From: Trypanosoma brucei
Lineage: Eukaryota
Assembly: GCA_000002445.1 (NCBI GenBank)
Contig: CP000071.1
Span: 2,240,001-2,304,000 of the forward strand
DNA: 64,000 nt
Reading direction: 5' to 3'
Position numbers and translations under genes: made by a program. Within the stretch, counting starts at the first letter, position 1, and each line of letters begins with the position of its first letter. Under the pieces are notes generated by a model. The model searched no databases. It saw only the letters and a list, made by a program, of their open reading frames with translations, and was not told where the DNA came from. This document shows positions 54,396 through 64,000 of the stretch, one piece after another.

Positions 54396-57300
54396 GAGGT
54401 TTGCGGTATGCAGTTTCTTGTCTTTTTGTTTTTGTATTCCTTCCTACTCCTGATTCGTTAAATTATTGTTTTTTAAAAAAAGTTTGCTTATTCACTCCAG
54501 CACGCTATAAAGCTTTACTTTCTTATTATTGTTATTATTACTTATGCTATTGTTATTATTGTTTGTCACTCGCAAGTAAATATAAATAGGTGCATCTCTA
54601 TATAATTATTGAATCAAGTTTCTGTTTAGTACTTCATTTATGCAGTGATATGATGAATATTTTGGGTTAAAAAGAGTGAAAAGAAGTGAAAAAGAGAAGG
54701 AAGAAGTGGCATAGAGAAGCATACAAGAAAAGAGCTAAAATAAATAAAAATAAAGTAAAATAGCAATAGAAGCGAAAGAAAAGAGAAAAGATATCATTAA
54801 AGAAAAAAGGAAAGAAAAAAAAGAAAAAGAAAAGAAAGAAGGAAGACCAGGAAGTTGTTTTTAAATGGTGTGAGAGATGCAAGAAGAAAAAAAAACATTT
54901 TCTTTTTTTTTTTTTACACATAGAGTCACAATGCATGTGCCATAACAAACGCAACCGCACACCCACAAACAAGAACATGCGCATATACGCAAAACTGAAG
55001 AAATAAAGGGAACTTTTTGTATTCGCAAGTATATAACATATATATATATATATATATGAGTTAATATATGTGTACAATATTATTATTATTATTTTTACTA
55101 TTCTTATTTACTGCTATTATTGTTGACGTCGTGGTTTGGAGGTTAAAGAAAGCAAAAGAGAAAGAAGGAGAGAGAGAAAGAGAGAGGAAAAAAAAAGAAA
55201 ATGAGAACGAAGAACAACAACAACAACAACAACAACAACAAAATAATAATAACAATAATAATAATAACAGATAAAAAACGAAGGATGAGCAAACGATGTG
55301 GCGGCTGCAACTACGCCTTGAGTTCCTGGTGTTCGTGTTGGAACCCGCGTGTGAAATGCAAAAAACAAAAAAAAAAAAAAGAAAACAAATGGAAAAATAA
55401 AACAATAATAATATTACTTTTTCTTTTTTCTTTTTTTTGTTTGCGGGTGCCACTGGGACCAGTGAGGGTGCGGCTACTGATTGAATTATTGTACCTAAAC
55501 AGTTTTTTTTTCTTTTCTTTTCTTTTCTTTTTTCGTTGTTTTGTGTGGCACGTAATGATCGCGACGATATTTTTATTGTTTTCATTATTATTGCTTTAAA
55601 TCATTAATAGAGGCATAAAAAGTTTGTTATATTTGTATATGTTTGTAATAAAAGCAAAGAAAAAAAAATGAAATAGATAAATAATAGAGAGTGGGATGAG
55701 AGAAGTAGTATCAAACGACATTTTCTTTTCTTTTTTGTTTTTTTGTTTTTTTTCTAAATTTAAAAAGAAGAAATTCTTCCATTATAATGGGAGGTTGAGC
55801 AAAGCAGAGCGGAGCGAACCAGACTGAAAATCCAAAGCAAAGAAAAAAAAAAGAAACAAGCAACAAAAATGAAACCGATGAGAAAGAGGAGGAAAATATT
55901 GTGTTTTGTTTTGTTTTTCTCCTTTTTTTTTGTTTTTCAGAAATCAAATCGGTTTCATATGAATATATACAAGTGTATATATATGTGTATGTCTATATGT
56001 TTGTATGTTTGTATGCTGATTCCTTTTGTATCCCAATTTCTTTTTTTTCTTTTTTTTAAAATTTGATTCGTTATTTCCTCACTGATTTTTCTCCCCCCTT
56101 TGTTAGATATTTAATTTAGCTTAATTCATTTTTATCATCATCATCATCATTGTTACAAACGTTTCTTTAGAGAAGAAGGGGAGAAGCAGAAACGAGAGGA
56201 ATTCTTTTATTAAGAGAGAAGAAAAACAAAGAAGAAAGGAACAATGATCTTTTGAATTATACTGCGTGTTTTTGTTGTTTTTTGTTGTTTTATTCCATTT
56301 TTTTTATTTGGTTTTTATTCCATGTTTCAAGTTTTTAGCCGTGCAATAACAGCGATAACAACAAAATTTAAAAAAAAAACCATTGAAGCACAGTTGAAGT
56401 AAAATGCTTACGACGGGGAACATAAATAACCTTAAAGGGAACGATTCTCTGTAGGGCAAACGCACGTATGGATTGTAATCATTTGGGAGTTACCCGAGAG
56501 CTTAACCTAAAAAAAGAGGAAAAAAAAGAGGAAAAAGAAAAGAAAAATCAGTCACCTGTGAGTGCCACGTCATGTCATGTGATTATCCGCCTTTTTCTTC
56601 TTTTCTTTTTTCCGGTTTCCTTTTCCTTTCCTTTTCCTTTATTTATGTCTGTGTGTGCGTTGGTGTGAAATTAATCCAAATCAGTTTGTAGGCCTCTTTT
56701 TTTTTTTCTTTTCTATTTTCTGTCTCCTTCTTCCGTTTTGAAAGTTTTACTCCTCTCATTTTCCTACTCGATACTTGTACTTCAACGGCGCGTCGCTGTT
56801 AACACTCTGGTCAATCCGCTATGGCGCTTGCTTTTGTCCTTTTTTTTTCTTTATTTCCCTCTTTCGTTTTCTTTATCTTACCTTATTTCTCAACGTCGTC
56901 ATTATCTGTTTATTCTTTTCTATCTTCTTCTTTTAACTACGTGTGTTAATTGCATTAGTTTATAAGTGCAGGCATAATGGTTGCATCATAGAAAAATAAT
57001 TGTGATGCCGACATGAGATTGAGGTGCGTGGTGTTGTAAAATGTTAAACTTTTAAATTCATCATCATCACTGAAGCAAACGGGTGTATCTAGTTGCAAAC
57101 ATTTTCTCTGTAGCTCCGCTGTTAGATGAGGATACACAAAGCAAGCAAATGAAAATGTGACCGAATGAATCCAACATGTTTAAGTTGAAGCAACCCACGG
57201 AAACATTTTTGTTTCAATATGTGAGGGGAGAAATATCACAGATTTCGATTAACTTCAGCTCAAATTCAACATGCAGATGACAGTTGAGCACGCGTGCTGA

Positions 57301-58374
57301 GGCAAGAAGAAAAGGGGAAAAATCTCTGAATTATATAACGGTTTCGATTGCGGCTGCTGTTTTGATCTTCCGTGAGAATGTTACGGAGCTCAACCACATT
57401 TCTTGTTTTTTTCCTTTTTTCTTTTTTAGCATGGCACGAATGAAGACATGAGTGTAATGCCATTTGAGACGATAGGTTAGGCTTGCAGGGCGTTCTGAGG
57501 GTTGTAATTCTTTCCATCTCGTCTTGCATCCTTCCTTATTGATTATACCACATCGCCTTAAAGCCATATACTTCCACGTGCCATATTTCCTTCACGTGTG
57601 GTGTTCTCACCGGTAACACTTTCGCGCGGTGTCATATTTGAGCACATCCCGGAAATATGACATCATTTAACTGAGGAAAGGAAAAATATTCATGCTGACA
57701 ATGGCTTTTAAGGCTTGTTATGCCCTCTGCGTTAGTGATGAAAGTGAGAGCAATTTAATGATATTCACTTTCGCAGATCCTCTGGCACTGAGATGAAGTT
57801 TACCGCTCTTTCCTTGATGTTATCGGTTTTAGGATGAAAAGAGAAGACGCATTTGTGCTCGCATAACAGAAAATATAAAAAAAAACATGCCACGACTGAC
57901 ATATTAATAATATGTAAGCAACCGTGCAAACGAGGGGCAAGATAGGTTTGACTCGCATTTATGCCCACTGGGAAGGGAACCTCCCAGGGATTGTTCCCAC
58001 CATTGCGTGGGGAAGCGGAAGACACTGCAAATGTCTCCAAACCCCAATGCACACCAGCGAAAAAATATAAAAAAGGGAGAGTCTTGAGATCAAGTTGGGA
58101 GGGAACTCATCAGGAAGGCAAGCCACTGGATGGGAGAGGGATGACCAAAAAAGAAACACTGCAAATACACATCAAAAACGCATTTGCGCCGTCCACACCG
58201 TCCTCAATATTGTGAATTGCCGCCGCCGACCTGTCCTTCAATTCCTTTTCACATTTCTGTGTAACTGCTCGACGGGTTTTGTGGAGATGTGCGCCCATTT
58301 GACGGTCTCAACTAAGCATTGAGCCGCCCCTCGAGTACGCAATCTCCTTTACACCATACGTAATGCTGCAATTT

Positions 58375-58454
58375 CTTCTTATAAGTCCCTGTTGCTTACA
58401 GTATTGTTGTCTATTATCATTATTATCATTATTCTCTCATTTCTCTTCTTTAAG
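58375..58454 (+). promoter_or_regulatory. Polypyrimidine tract plus TTAAG acceptor for the adenylate cyclase gene. The 5'UTR would be about 34 nt.
   Basis: tcttcttataagtccctgttgcttacagtattgttgtctattatcattattatcattattctctcatttctcttctttaag lies directly upstream of the ATG at 58489. The same element is duplicated at 63345-63401 before the second copy. Confidence 0.6.
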
Positions 58455-58488
58455 ACTTACGAATTCCTCAAGTCAAGTCACCAGTGTT

Positions 58489-61400
58489 ATGGCTTCCTTC
58501 ATGCGTCTTGTTACTCCACTTGGCGCTGCAGTGGCTTGCAGTCATCTCCTCATGGTTGTGTTACCGCTGCTGTTACTTATTCCTGGTTTATGTGCTGATA
58601 AAGACTGTAACAGTAGCAGTGTAACGGTGAGGGTGTATAATTTGTTGTACAGCTCCGACATATCAAAGACAACCTATGAACCCGTCATTGCTGGTTTCAA
58701 TGCCTCGCTACATGCGCATAATGATGATTTGCCGGCAAATGTGTGCATAGAGGTCGAACATGTTCATGCCAGAAGCGATGAGGATTACGTCTCATATTTA
58801 AAGAATAAAATTGATGGAGACGCTGCTGTACAAAATAAGAGTGAACTGCCCATTGTGCTGGGGCCTGTTGGTGATGAGACTACTCTCCATCTCACCAGGG
58901 AACTTGAGAAGTTTGAAATAGTGGCCTTTTCTCCCTTTACTGGATCTTCGGATGTGCGTGTGTGGAAAAAGAGTCTGTACTTCCTTACGGCATCGCCTAT
59001 TGCACAGGTGCTTGCACTAATTCGTTATGCTGTGAGTCAATTGAGGCTTCAGCGACTGGGTTTTATGTACCTGAAGGGCGTTTCTTTCGGCGATAAGGAG
59101 TATAAGCTGACACTTAAGGTAATGTCGATTATGGGCCGTAAATTGTGCGGTGTTTTCGAATTAGACAGCTCTACTGATGGAAGGGCTTCTGATGATGATT
59201 TTGAGGCTGCATGGAAAAGGTTTGCTCCCACGATGCCACAAGGTGTAATTGTGTTTGGTTCGCCAATTGAGGATACGAAGAGGTTCCTGATGAAGTTTTT
59301 AGGGAGCAATGAATTGAGAGGTGCTTACATATTAATTCCTTCTATGCTTCAATATGTTATTATAAACAGTTGGATGAAGGAGTTGGCCGTAAAGAATTTT
59401 GTGCCTGAGAGAGTGATACTGACGGGTCCGAGTCCACTTGCAAATGATAATGAATACATAGCAGTACGGAAGTTTCAGACTGTCATGGGGAAGTACCTGG
59501 AAACAAATGGGAAACTTAATGGTCACAATTATGAAAAGGGTCACTTTTACGATCACCGTACTGACGGAGAATTGATGGTGCACGGATGGATTGTGGGCGA
59601 GGTCTTGTGGCGTACACTGGGAAGTCGTGAATCGCTGAAAAACCGTACAACTTACATTAACTCTCTGTACAACCAGCGTCGGTATGTTATCGATGATCTT
59701 GTGATTGGTGATTTTGGTGGTGAATGTGAGGGGAAGGCTGGTCAGCGTGGAGCTGCATGCAAATGTAATCAAGGTGGAAATGTTGTTTACATGAAGAGGA
59801 TGGGAACTGATCGGAATCTACATCCTGTGAAGGAGGGTGTAGTGACTCTCGCTTCATCACGCTGCTATACGAATCTCTTACAACTGTATGCCCCATTGAA
59901 TGGTATAATGTTTCGACTAGAAGACAATCCATTGGCGCAGCGGATTACAGAGGAATATCGCGATGGCGCCTCCCTCGTTGTTGGAAAGGGCCAATTGGGT
60001 CAAGGTGATCGCTTCTTTTTGCATGAACTGAATTCGACATCGAGTGCAACAAAGCACAACATGTTAGAGGAGGTTAAAGAGCGTGTTGTGACGGCTGTGT
60101 TCGGTGTTGTGGATGATGCGCTACTGTCGATGACAGATATGACATTTATTGATCCCATTCCTCTCAGTCCCAGGTTGAAACACCCCGGAAGGAATGCGTT
60201 GCATTTGTCTCCAACAATTGAGCAGCAGATTTTTGTAATGGTGGAGCGTGTTGTGGTTCCGAATTCCTGGGGGAGTGTGCATGCCATTGTTCGCAGTAGT
60301 GATGCACGTGGAATAAAATCTGTTCTTCGAAAGACTTTTTGGGCACTTGGTGGGTCGCTGGGTGCTTTCGACGAAGTTACCGACGGTGAAAGTGTGAAGA
60401 GTTTGTTACCGCATAGCGGTTTCGTTCTCGTTATTGGTCTAACTGAAGCTGATATTACTGCAATTGCTGAGCATCTTGACAATCACAGGGAAGTGCGTGT
60501 ATTTGCGTTATTCTTCGATGTGGCACTGCTGTACAGTGAGTTTGTGAAGGTATTCAAAAAGCATCCGCAAGCTGCCGAGCGGTTACTATTCGCAACAAGC
60601 CTACCACACTGGGCAGACAACAATACGACATCCGAGACGGTTCAGGAATTTCACAGGGACGTGGGGAATGAGAGTAAATGGACTCCACTGGCGCTACTTG
60701 GGTACGCGACCGCACGTGCAATGGAAAGTGTTGTGTTGCAAATGGGGCGTGTGAACTCAGAAGAGCTTATCAACACTATATTCAGTCAGTCTGTAATTGT
60801 AGCGGATGACATGTGGTATGGACCCTTTGAGGACAGTTGTTCCAATAGCCGCTGGTCATCAGCGAAAGACTGCATTGTGAATTACGGTGCGACACATATT
60901 TCCGTGTGGTCCATGGCTCGTGTGTTGAATCCTTCCGTACCTCCTGTTCGTGGAGTAGCAACACCATCAATACGTTACTACAAAGATGGATTGAATATGA
61001 CTGAGGAAGAATTTATTGGCACAATTGTGGGTACCATTTTGTGTTTGATAGCACTTGTGCTGATAGTAATGCTTATGCGGAAATGTATGCGTGGGGATAC
61101 TCGCGATAACGAGAACGCACCAAGAGAATTGACAGACCCCGTAACGCTAATATTCACTGACATCGAGAGCAGCACTGCGCAGTGGGCAGCACACCCTGAG
61201 CTTATGCCTGATGCCGTTGCAACACATCACCGCCTAATTCGCACATTGATTTCCAAGTATGGATGCTATGAAGTGAAGACTGTTGGAGATTCTTTTATGA
61301 TTGCATGCAAGAGCCCTTTCGCTGCTACGCAATTAGCGTGTGACATGCAACGATGCTTTTTAGAACATGATTGGAAGACTGATGTGTTTGATACGTCTTA

Positions 61401-62259
61401 TCGTGAGTTTGAGCGGCAGCGTGCGGAAGATGATGGGGATTATGTTCCACCCACTGGCCATCTTGACCCTGATGTTTACAGTCGGTTGTGGAATGGACTG
61501 CGAGTGCGTGTTGGAATTCACACCGGGTTGTGTGATATTCGGCATGATGAAGTGACGAAAGGATATGACTTTTACGGTCGTACATCGAATATGGCAGCAC
61601 GGACTGAGAGCATTGCTAATGGCGGGCAGGTGCTGTTGACACGTCCGACATACCTTTCATTGAGTGCTTCGGAGCGTGAGCAATTAAATGTGACTGCATT
61701 GGGTGATGTGCCATTGCGTGGTGTACCCAAACCTGTGGAGATGTACCAATTGAATGCGGTACCCGGAAGGACATTTACTACACTGCGACTTGACCATGAG
61801 GTTGCTGATGACGAAGATACGAGTGTTTCTTGCAGTGATGGGAGTTCCATTGGTGCAGTTCTCAGTGATGCCGCTTATCAGGTTGTTGCTTGCGTTGAAG
61901 CACTACTTGGTGCATTCCCCACTGCGCAGCGTAAGAAATTACTTATGCCATTTTGTAACCGATGGGGAGTTTCGTTACCTTATAATGTTTCTGATACGTG
62001 GGATGCAACCACGTGCCGTAATGTTACTCGCCTGCTTGCCGCGAGGGTTGGTCGTGTTGTGGATTTTGGGACGAAGAATACTCATGACAGTGTACAATTC
62101 TCTGAAAGACGCTCGGGAACTTTTCCGTCCAGGTTAGCTGCCGCTGTTGATCTTGTAAGCATCCCTTCAACTTCTACCTGTATTCAATCCAGCTGCAGTA
62201 TTATATATATGAATGTGCCAGATGATGATGATACCAGCAAATATTCCCCTAAGCATTGA
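58489..62259 (+). CDS. GRESAG4: Receptor-type adenylate cyclase (GRESAG4/ESAG4 family), about 1256 aa: signal peptide, large extracellular domain, single TM, class III cyclase catalytic domain
   Basis: The N-terminus MASFMRLVTPLGAAVACSHLLMVVLPLLLLIPGLCA is signal-peptide-like. The TM helix is IGTIVGTILCLIALVLIVMLM (about 61020-61080). The catalytic core is LIFTDIESSTAQWAAHPE...YEVKTVGDSFMIA...GLRVRVGIHTGL...DFYGRTSNMAARTES...GGQVLLT (about 61141-61750), matching class III nucleotidyl cyclase motifs and trypanosome GRESAG4. The track ORF start at 58363 lies in the polypyrimidine tract, so the Met at 58489 is preferred; it is conserved in copy 2. Confidence 0.9.
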   Translation: MASFMRLVTPLGAAVACSHLLMVVLPLLLLIPGLCADKDCNSSSVTVRVYNLLYSSDISKTTYEPVIAGFNASLHAHNDDLPANVCIEVEHVHARSDEDYVSYLKNKIDGDAAVQNKSELPIVLGPVGDETTLHLTRELEKFEIVAFSPFTGSSDVRVWKKSLYFLTASPIAQVLALIRYAVSQLRLQRLGFMYLKGVSFGDKEYKLTLKVMSIMGRKLCGVFELDSSTDGRASDDDFEAAWKRFAPTMPQGVIVFGSPIEDTKRFLMKFLGSNELRGAYILIPSMLQYVIINSWMKELAVKNFVPERVILTGPSPLANDNEYIAVRKFQTVMGKYLETNGKLNGHNYEKGHFYDHRTDGELMVHGWIVGEVLWRTLGSRESLKNRTTYINSLYNQRRYVIDDLVIGDFGGECEGKAGQRGAACKCNQGGNVVYMKRMGTDRNLHPVKEGVVTLASSRCYTNLLQLYAPLNGIMFRLEDNPLAQRITEEYRDGASLVVGKGQLGQGDRFFLHELNSTSSATKHNMLEEVKERVVTAVFGVVDDALLSMTDMTFIDPIPLSPRLKHPGRNALHLSPTIEQQIFVMVERVVVPNSWGSVHAIVRSSDARGIKSVLRKTFWALGGSLGAFDEVTDGESVKSLLPHSGFVLVIGLTEADITAIAEHLDNHREVRVFALFFDVALLYSEFVKVFKKHPQAAERLLFATSLPHWADNNTTSETVQEFHRDVGNESKWTPLALLGYATARAMESVVLQMGRVNSEELINTIFSQSVIVADDMWYGPFEDSCSNSRWSSAKDCIVNYGATHISVWSMARVLNPSVPPVRGVATPSIRYYKDGLNMTEEEFIGTIVGTILCLIALVLIVMLMRKCMRGDTRDNENAPRELTDPVTLIFTDIESSTAQWAAHPELMPDAVATHHRLIRTLISKYGCYEVKTVGDSFMIACKSPFAATQLACDMQRCFLEHDWKTDVFDTSYREFERQRAEDDGDYVPPTGHLDPDVYSRLWNGLRVRVGIHTGLCDIRHDEVTKGYDFYGRTSNMAARTESIANGGQVLLTRPTYLSLSASEREQLNVTALGDVPLRGVPKPVEMYQLNAVPGRTFTTLRLDHEVADDEDTSVSCSDGSSIGAVLSDAAYQVVACVEALLGAFPTAQRKKLLMPFCNRWGVSLPYNVSDTWDATTCRNVTRLLAARVGRVVDFGTKNTHDSVQFSERRSGTFPSRLAAAVDLVSIPSTSTCIQSSCSIIYMNVPDDDDTSKYSPKH

Positions 62260-63013
62260 AATATGTGTCCATTATTGCCAGAATAATTGGATAAGGTTCA
62301 ATACATGATCTGTGCATGTTTCTTGTTCGATATTGGATGTTTTCGATAATATTCTTTTTAGGTTATATTTTCCACTTCTATGTATGCGCAGCATCCTCCT
62401 CACATGTTGGGTGCTTTCCATATTCGTGTGTTCCGCTTAGCTAGTGATTAAAGCACTTATTGAAGCAAACCCACTTTTCGTTTGTTGTTATAAAGTGGGG
62501 GATGTACTTATTTTCTCCATACTCTCACTGTGTGAAGCGTTATTTTTCTTGTTTCCCACTTCCGGTGAGCGGGTGTCAGGCAAAATGCACTGACCTCCTA
62601 TATTAATGAAAATCGATGCATTCCCGTGCTGGACAGATAAGCCATCGTATTATTAACTTCTAATGTTGCTGTTGGTACAACATATCACTGTTGTTCACTT
62701 TGCTTTCCTTTACTATTATATTGAAATGGATTATTGTTTTTTTCTTTTTGTGTGCATATATCTGTATATGTGTTTCGATATACCGTCACCACTCTACCAC
62801 GTTGATGGATTGGGGAATGGCTACTGATTGATTAATGCATGGTTTTATGTCACTTTAATAACAGCATTGTATTCCATGATGGCTTTCAGCAACTGACCCT
62901 TGTGTACAATTTCCTGTTTATTTCCCTCTACTGACACAAATCTTTTTTACTAATATCTTTTCCTTCTTTTATCACTTTCCAGGACTTGACAAGCCAAATA
63001 TGTGAGGCTGGCT

Positions 63014-63287
63014 ATTGCATTCGGAAGGACATTTGCTACACTGCGACTTAACCATGAGGTTGCTGATGACGAAGATACGAGTGTTTCTTGCAGTGATGGG
63101 AGTTCCATTGGTGCAATTCTCAGTGATGCCGCTCATCAGGCCGTTGCTTTTATTGAAGCACTACTTGGTGCATTCCCTACTGCGCAGCGTAAGAAATTAC
63201 TTATGCCATTTTGTAACCGATGGGGAGTTTCGGCGCCTTATAATGTTTCTGATACGTGGGATGCAACCACGTGCCGTAATGTTACAG
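63014..63287 (+). pseudogene. Internal fragment of the GRESAG4 C-terminal cytoplasmic region (about 91 codons) embedded in the spacer between two GRESAG4 copies
   Basis: About 95% nucleotide identity to 61762-62035 of copy 1 (TLRLNHEVADDEDTSVSCSDGSSIGAILSDAAHQAVAFIEALLGAFPTAQRKKLLMPFCNRWGVSAPYNVSDTWDATTCRNVT). It lacks upstream and downstream gene context and joins abruptly at 63288 to unrelated sequence, then at 63345 to the upstream-region repeat. Confidence 0.75.
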
Positions 63288-63435
63288 TCACTTGTGTGTA
63301 ATTGAATTTCAACTGCACTCTCTTCTGCTCCCTTTCGTGCCCTTACTTTATTGTTGTCTATTATCATTATTATCATTATTCTCTCATTTCTCTTCTTTAA
63401 GACTTACGAATTCCTCAAGTCAAGTCACCAGTGTT

Positions 63436-64000
63436 ATGGCTTCCTTCATGCGTCTTGTTACTCCACTTGGCGCTGCAGTGGCTTGCAGTCATCTCCTCAT
63501 GGTTGTGTTACCGCTGCTGTTACTTATTCCTGGTTTATGTGCTGATAAAGACTGTAACAGTAGCAGTGTAACGGTGAGGGTGTATAATTTGTTGTACAGC
63601 TCCGACATATCAAAGACAACCTATGAACCCGTCATTGCTGGTTTCAATGCCTCGCTACATGCGCATAATGATGATTTGCCGGCAAATGTGTGCATAGAGG
63701 TCGAGCATGTTCATGCCAGAAGCGATGAGGATTACGTCTCATATTTAAAGAATAAAATTGATGGAGATGCTGCTGTACAAAATAAGAGTGAACTGCCCAT
63801 TGTGCTGGGACCTGTTGGTGATGAGACTACTCTCCATCTCACCAGGGAACTTGAGAAGTTTGAAATAGTGGCCTTTTCTCCCTTTACTGGATCTTCGGAT
63901 GTGCGTGTGTGGAAAAAGAGTCTGTACTTCCTTACGGCATCGCCTGTTGCAGAGGTGCTTGCACTAATTCGTTATGCTGTGAGTCAATTGAGGCTTCAGC
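63436..64000 (+). CDS. GRESAG4: Second receptor-type adenylate cyclase (GRESAG4) copy, 5' partial within the window
   Basis: 63345-64000 duplicates 58398-59053 (polypyrimidine tract, 5'UTR, ATG, signal peptide and start of the extracellular domain) with a few substitutions, e.g. ASPVAEVLALIRY versus ASPIAQVLALIRY. The ORF is open to the window end. Confidence 0.85.
   Translation, partial: MASFMRLVTPLGAAVACSHLLMVVLPLLLLIPGLCADKDCNSSSVTVRVYNLLYSSDISKTTYEPVIAGFNASLHAHNDDLPANVCIEVEHVHARSDEDYVSYLKNKIDGDAAVQNKSELPIVLGPVGDETTLHLTRELEKFEIVAFSPFTGSSDVRVWKKSLYFLTASPVAEVLALIRYAVSQLRLQ

Noticed and set aside
58363-58488. Track ORF start for the adenylate cyclase at 58363 (MLQFLLISPCCLQYCC...)
   Set aside because: - This segment is the polypyrimidine tract and TTAAG acceptor itself, a translated T/C-rich run.
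- The Met at 58489 (MASFMRLV..., signal peptide) is conserved in copy 2 (63436) and follows the acceptor.

Overview
This window looks eukaryotic, not bacterial, and most resembles a kinetoplastid (Trypanosoma brucei-like) directional polycistronic gene cluster. That organism call is inference from sequence style plus the recognisable GRESAG4-type adenylate cyclase; it should be confirmed by BLAST.

General layout:
- Positions 1-6544 hold no convincing gene. They contain a GC-rich block at about 1000-1980 with overlapping ORFs on both strands, a (GT)n repeat followed by a G10 run, an (AAC)n repeat, and a purine-rich plus-strand stretch at about 4800-5480.
- From 6545 to the window end, every credible long ORF lies on the + strand.
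- The ORFs are separated by 1-5 kb AT-rich, low-complexity spacers full of T-runs, (GT)n/(CA)n, (AT)n and trinucleotide repeats. Polypyrimidine tract + AG signatures sit upstream of each start, consistent with trans-splicing.
- The supplied ORF track accepts GTG and TTG as starts, so several listed ORFs begin inside GT-repeats. I re-set those starts to the first ATG supported by paralogue alignment.
- There is a 60-nt run of N (assembly gap) at 38563-38622.

Genes called:
- Three diverged tandem paralogues share an MGA[V/A/L]PSRE N-terminus, which fits an N-myristoylation consensus (Gly2, Ser6): 6545-9859, 12048-14747 and 21587-24055.
- An aldehyde-dehydrogenase-like protein that appears to lack the catalytic Cys: 16953-18632.
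- A small ORF with two LSD1-type CxxC...CxxC zinc ribbons: 25937-26302.
- A 1200-aa coiled-coil protein with a (QS)n microsatellite: 28441-32043.
- A short coiled-coil protein: 33077-33997.
- A cold-shock-domain protein: 34966-36480.
- A large S/T/A-rich low-complexity protein: 40001-43519.
- Two tandem coiled-coil paralogues that share a block resembling the start of the dynein heavy-chain stalk: 46234-48756 and 50844-53810.
- A receptor-type adenylate cyclase (GRESAG4) at 58489-62259, followed by a 274-bp internal GRESAG4 fragment in the spacer (63014-63287) and the 5' end of a second GRESAG4 copy (63436 to window end).

No CRISPR, rRNA or confident tRNA was recognised.

All homology statements are motif recognition from memory, not searches.
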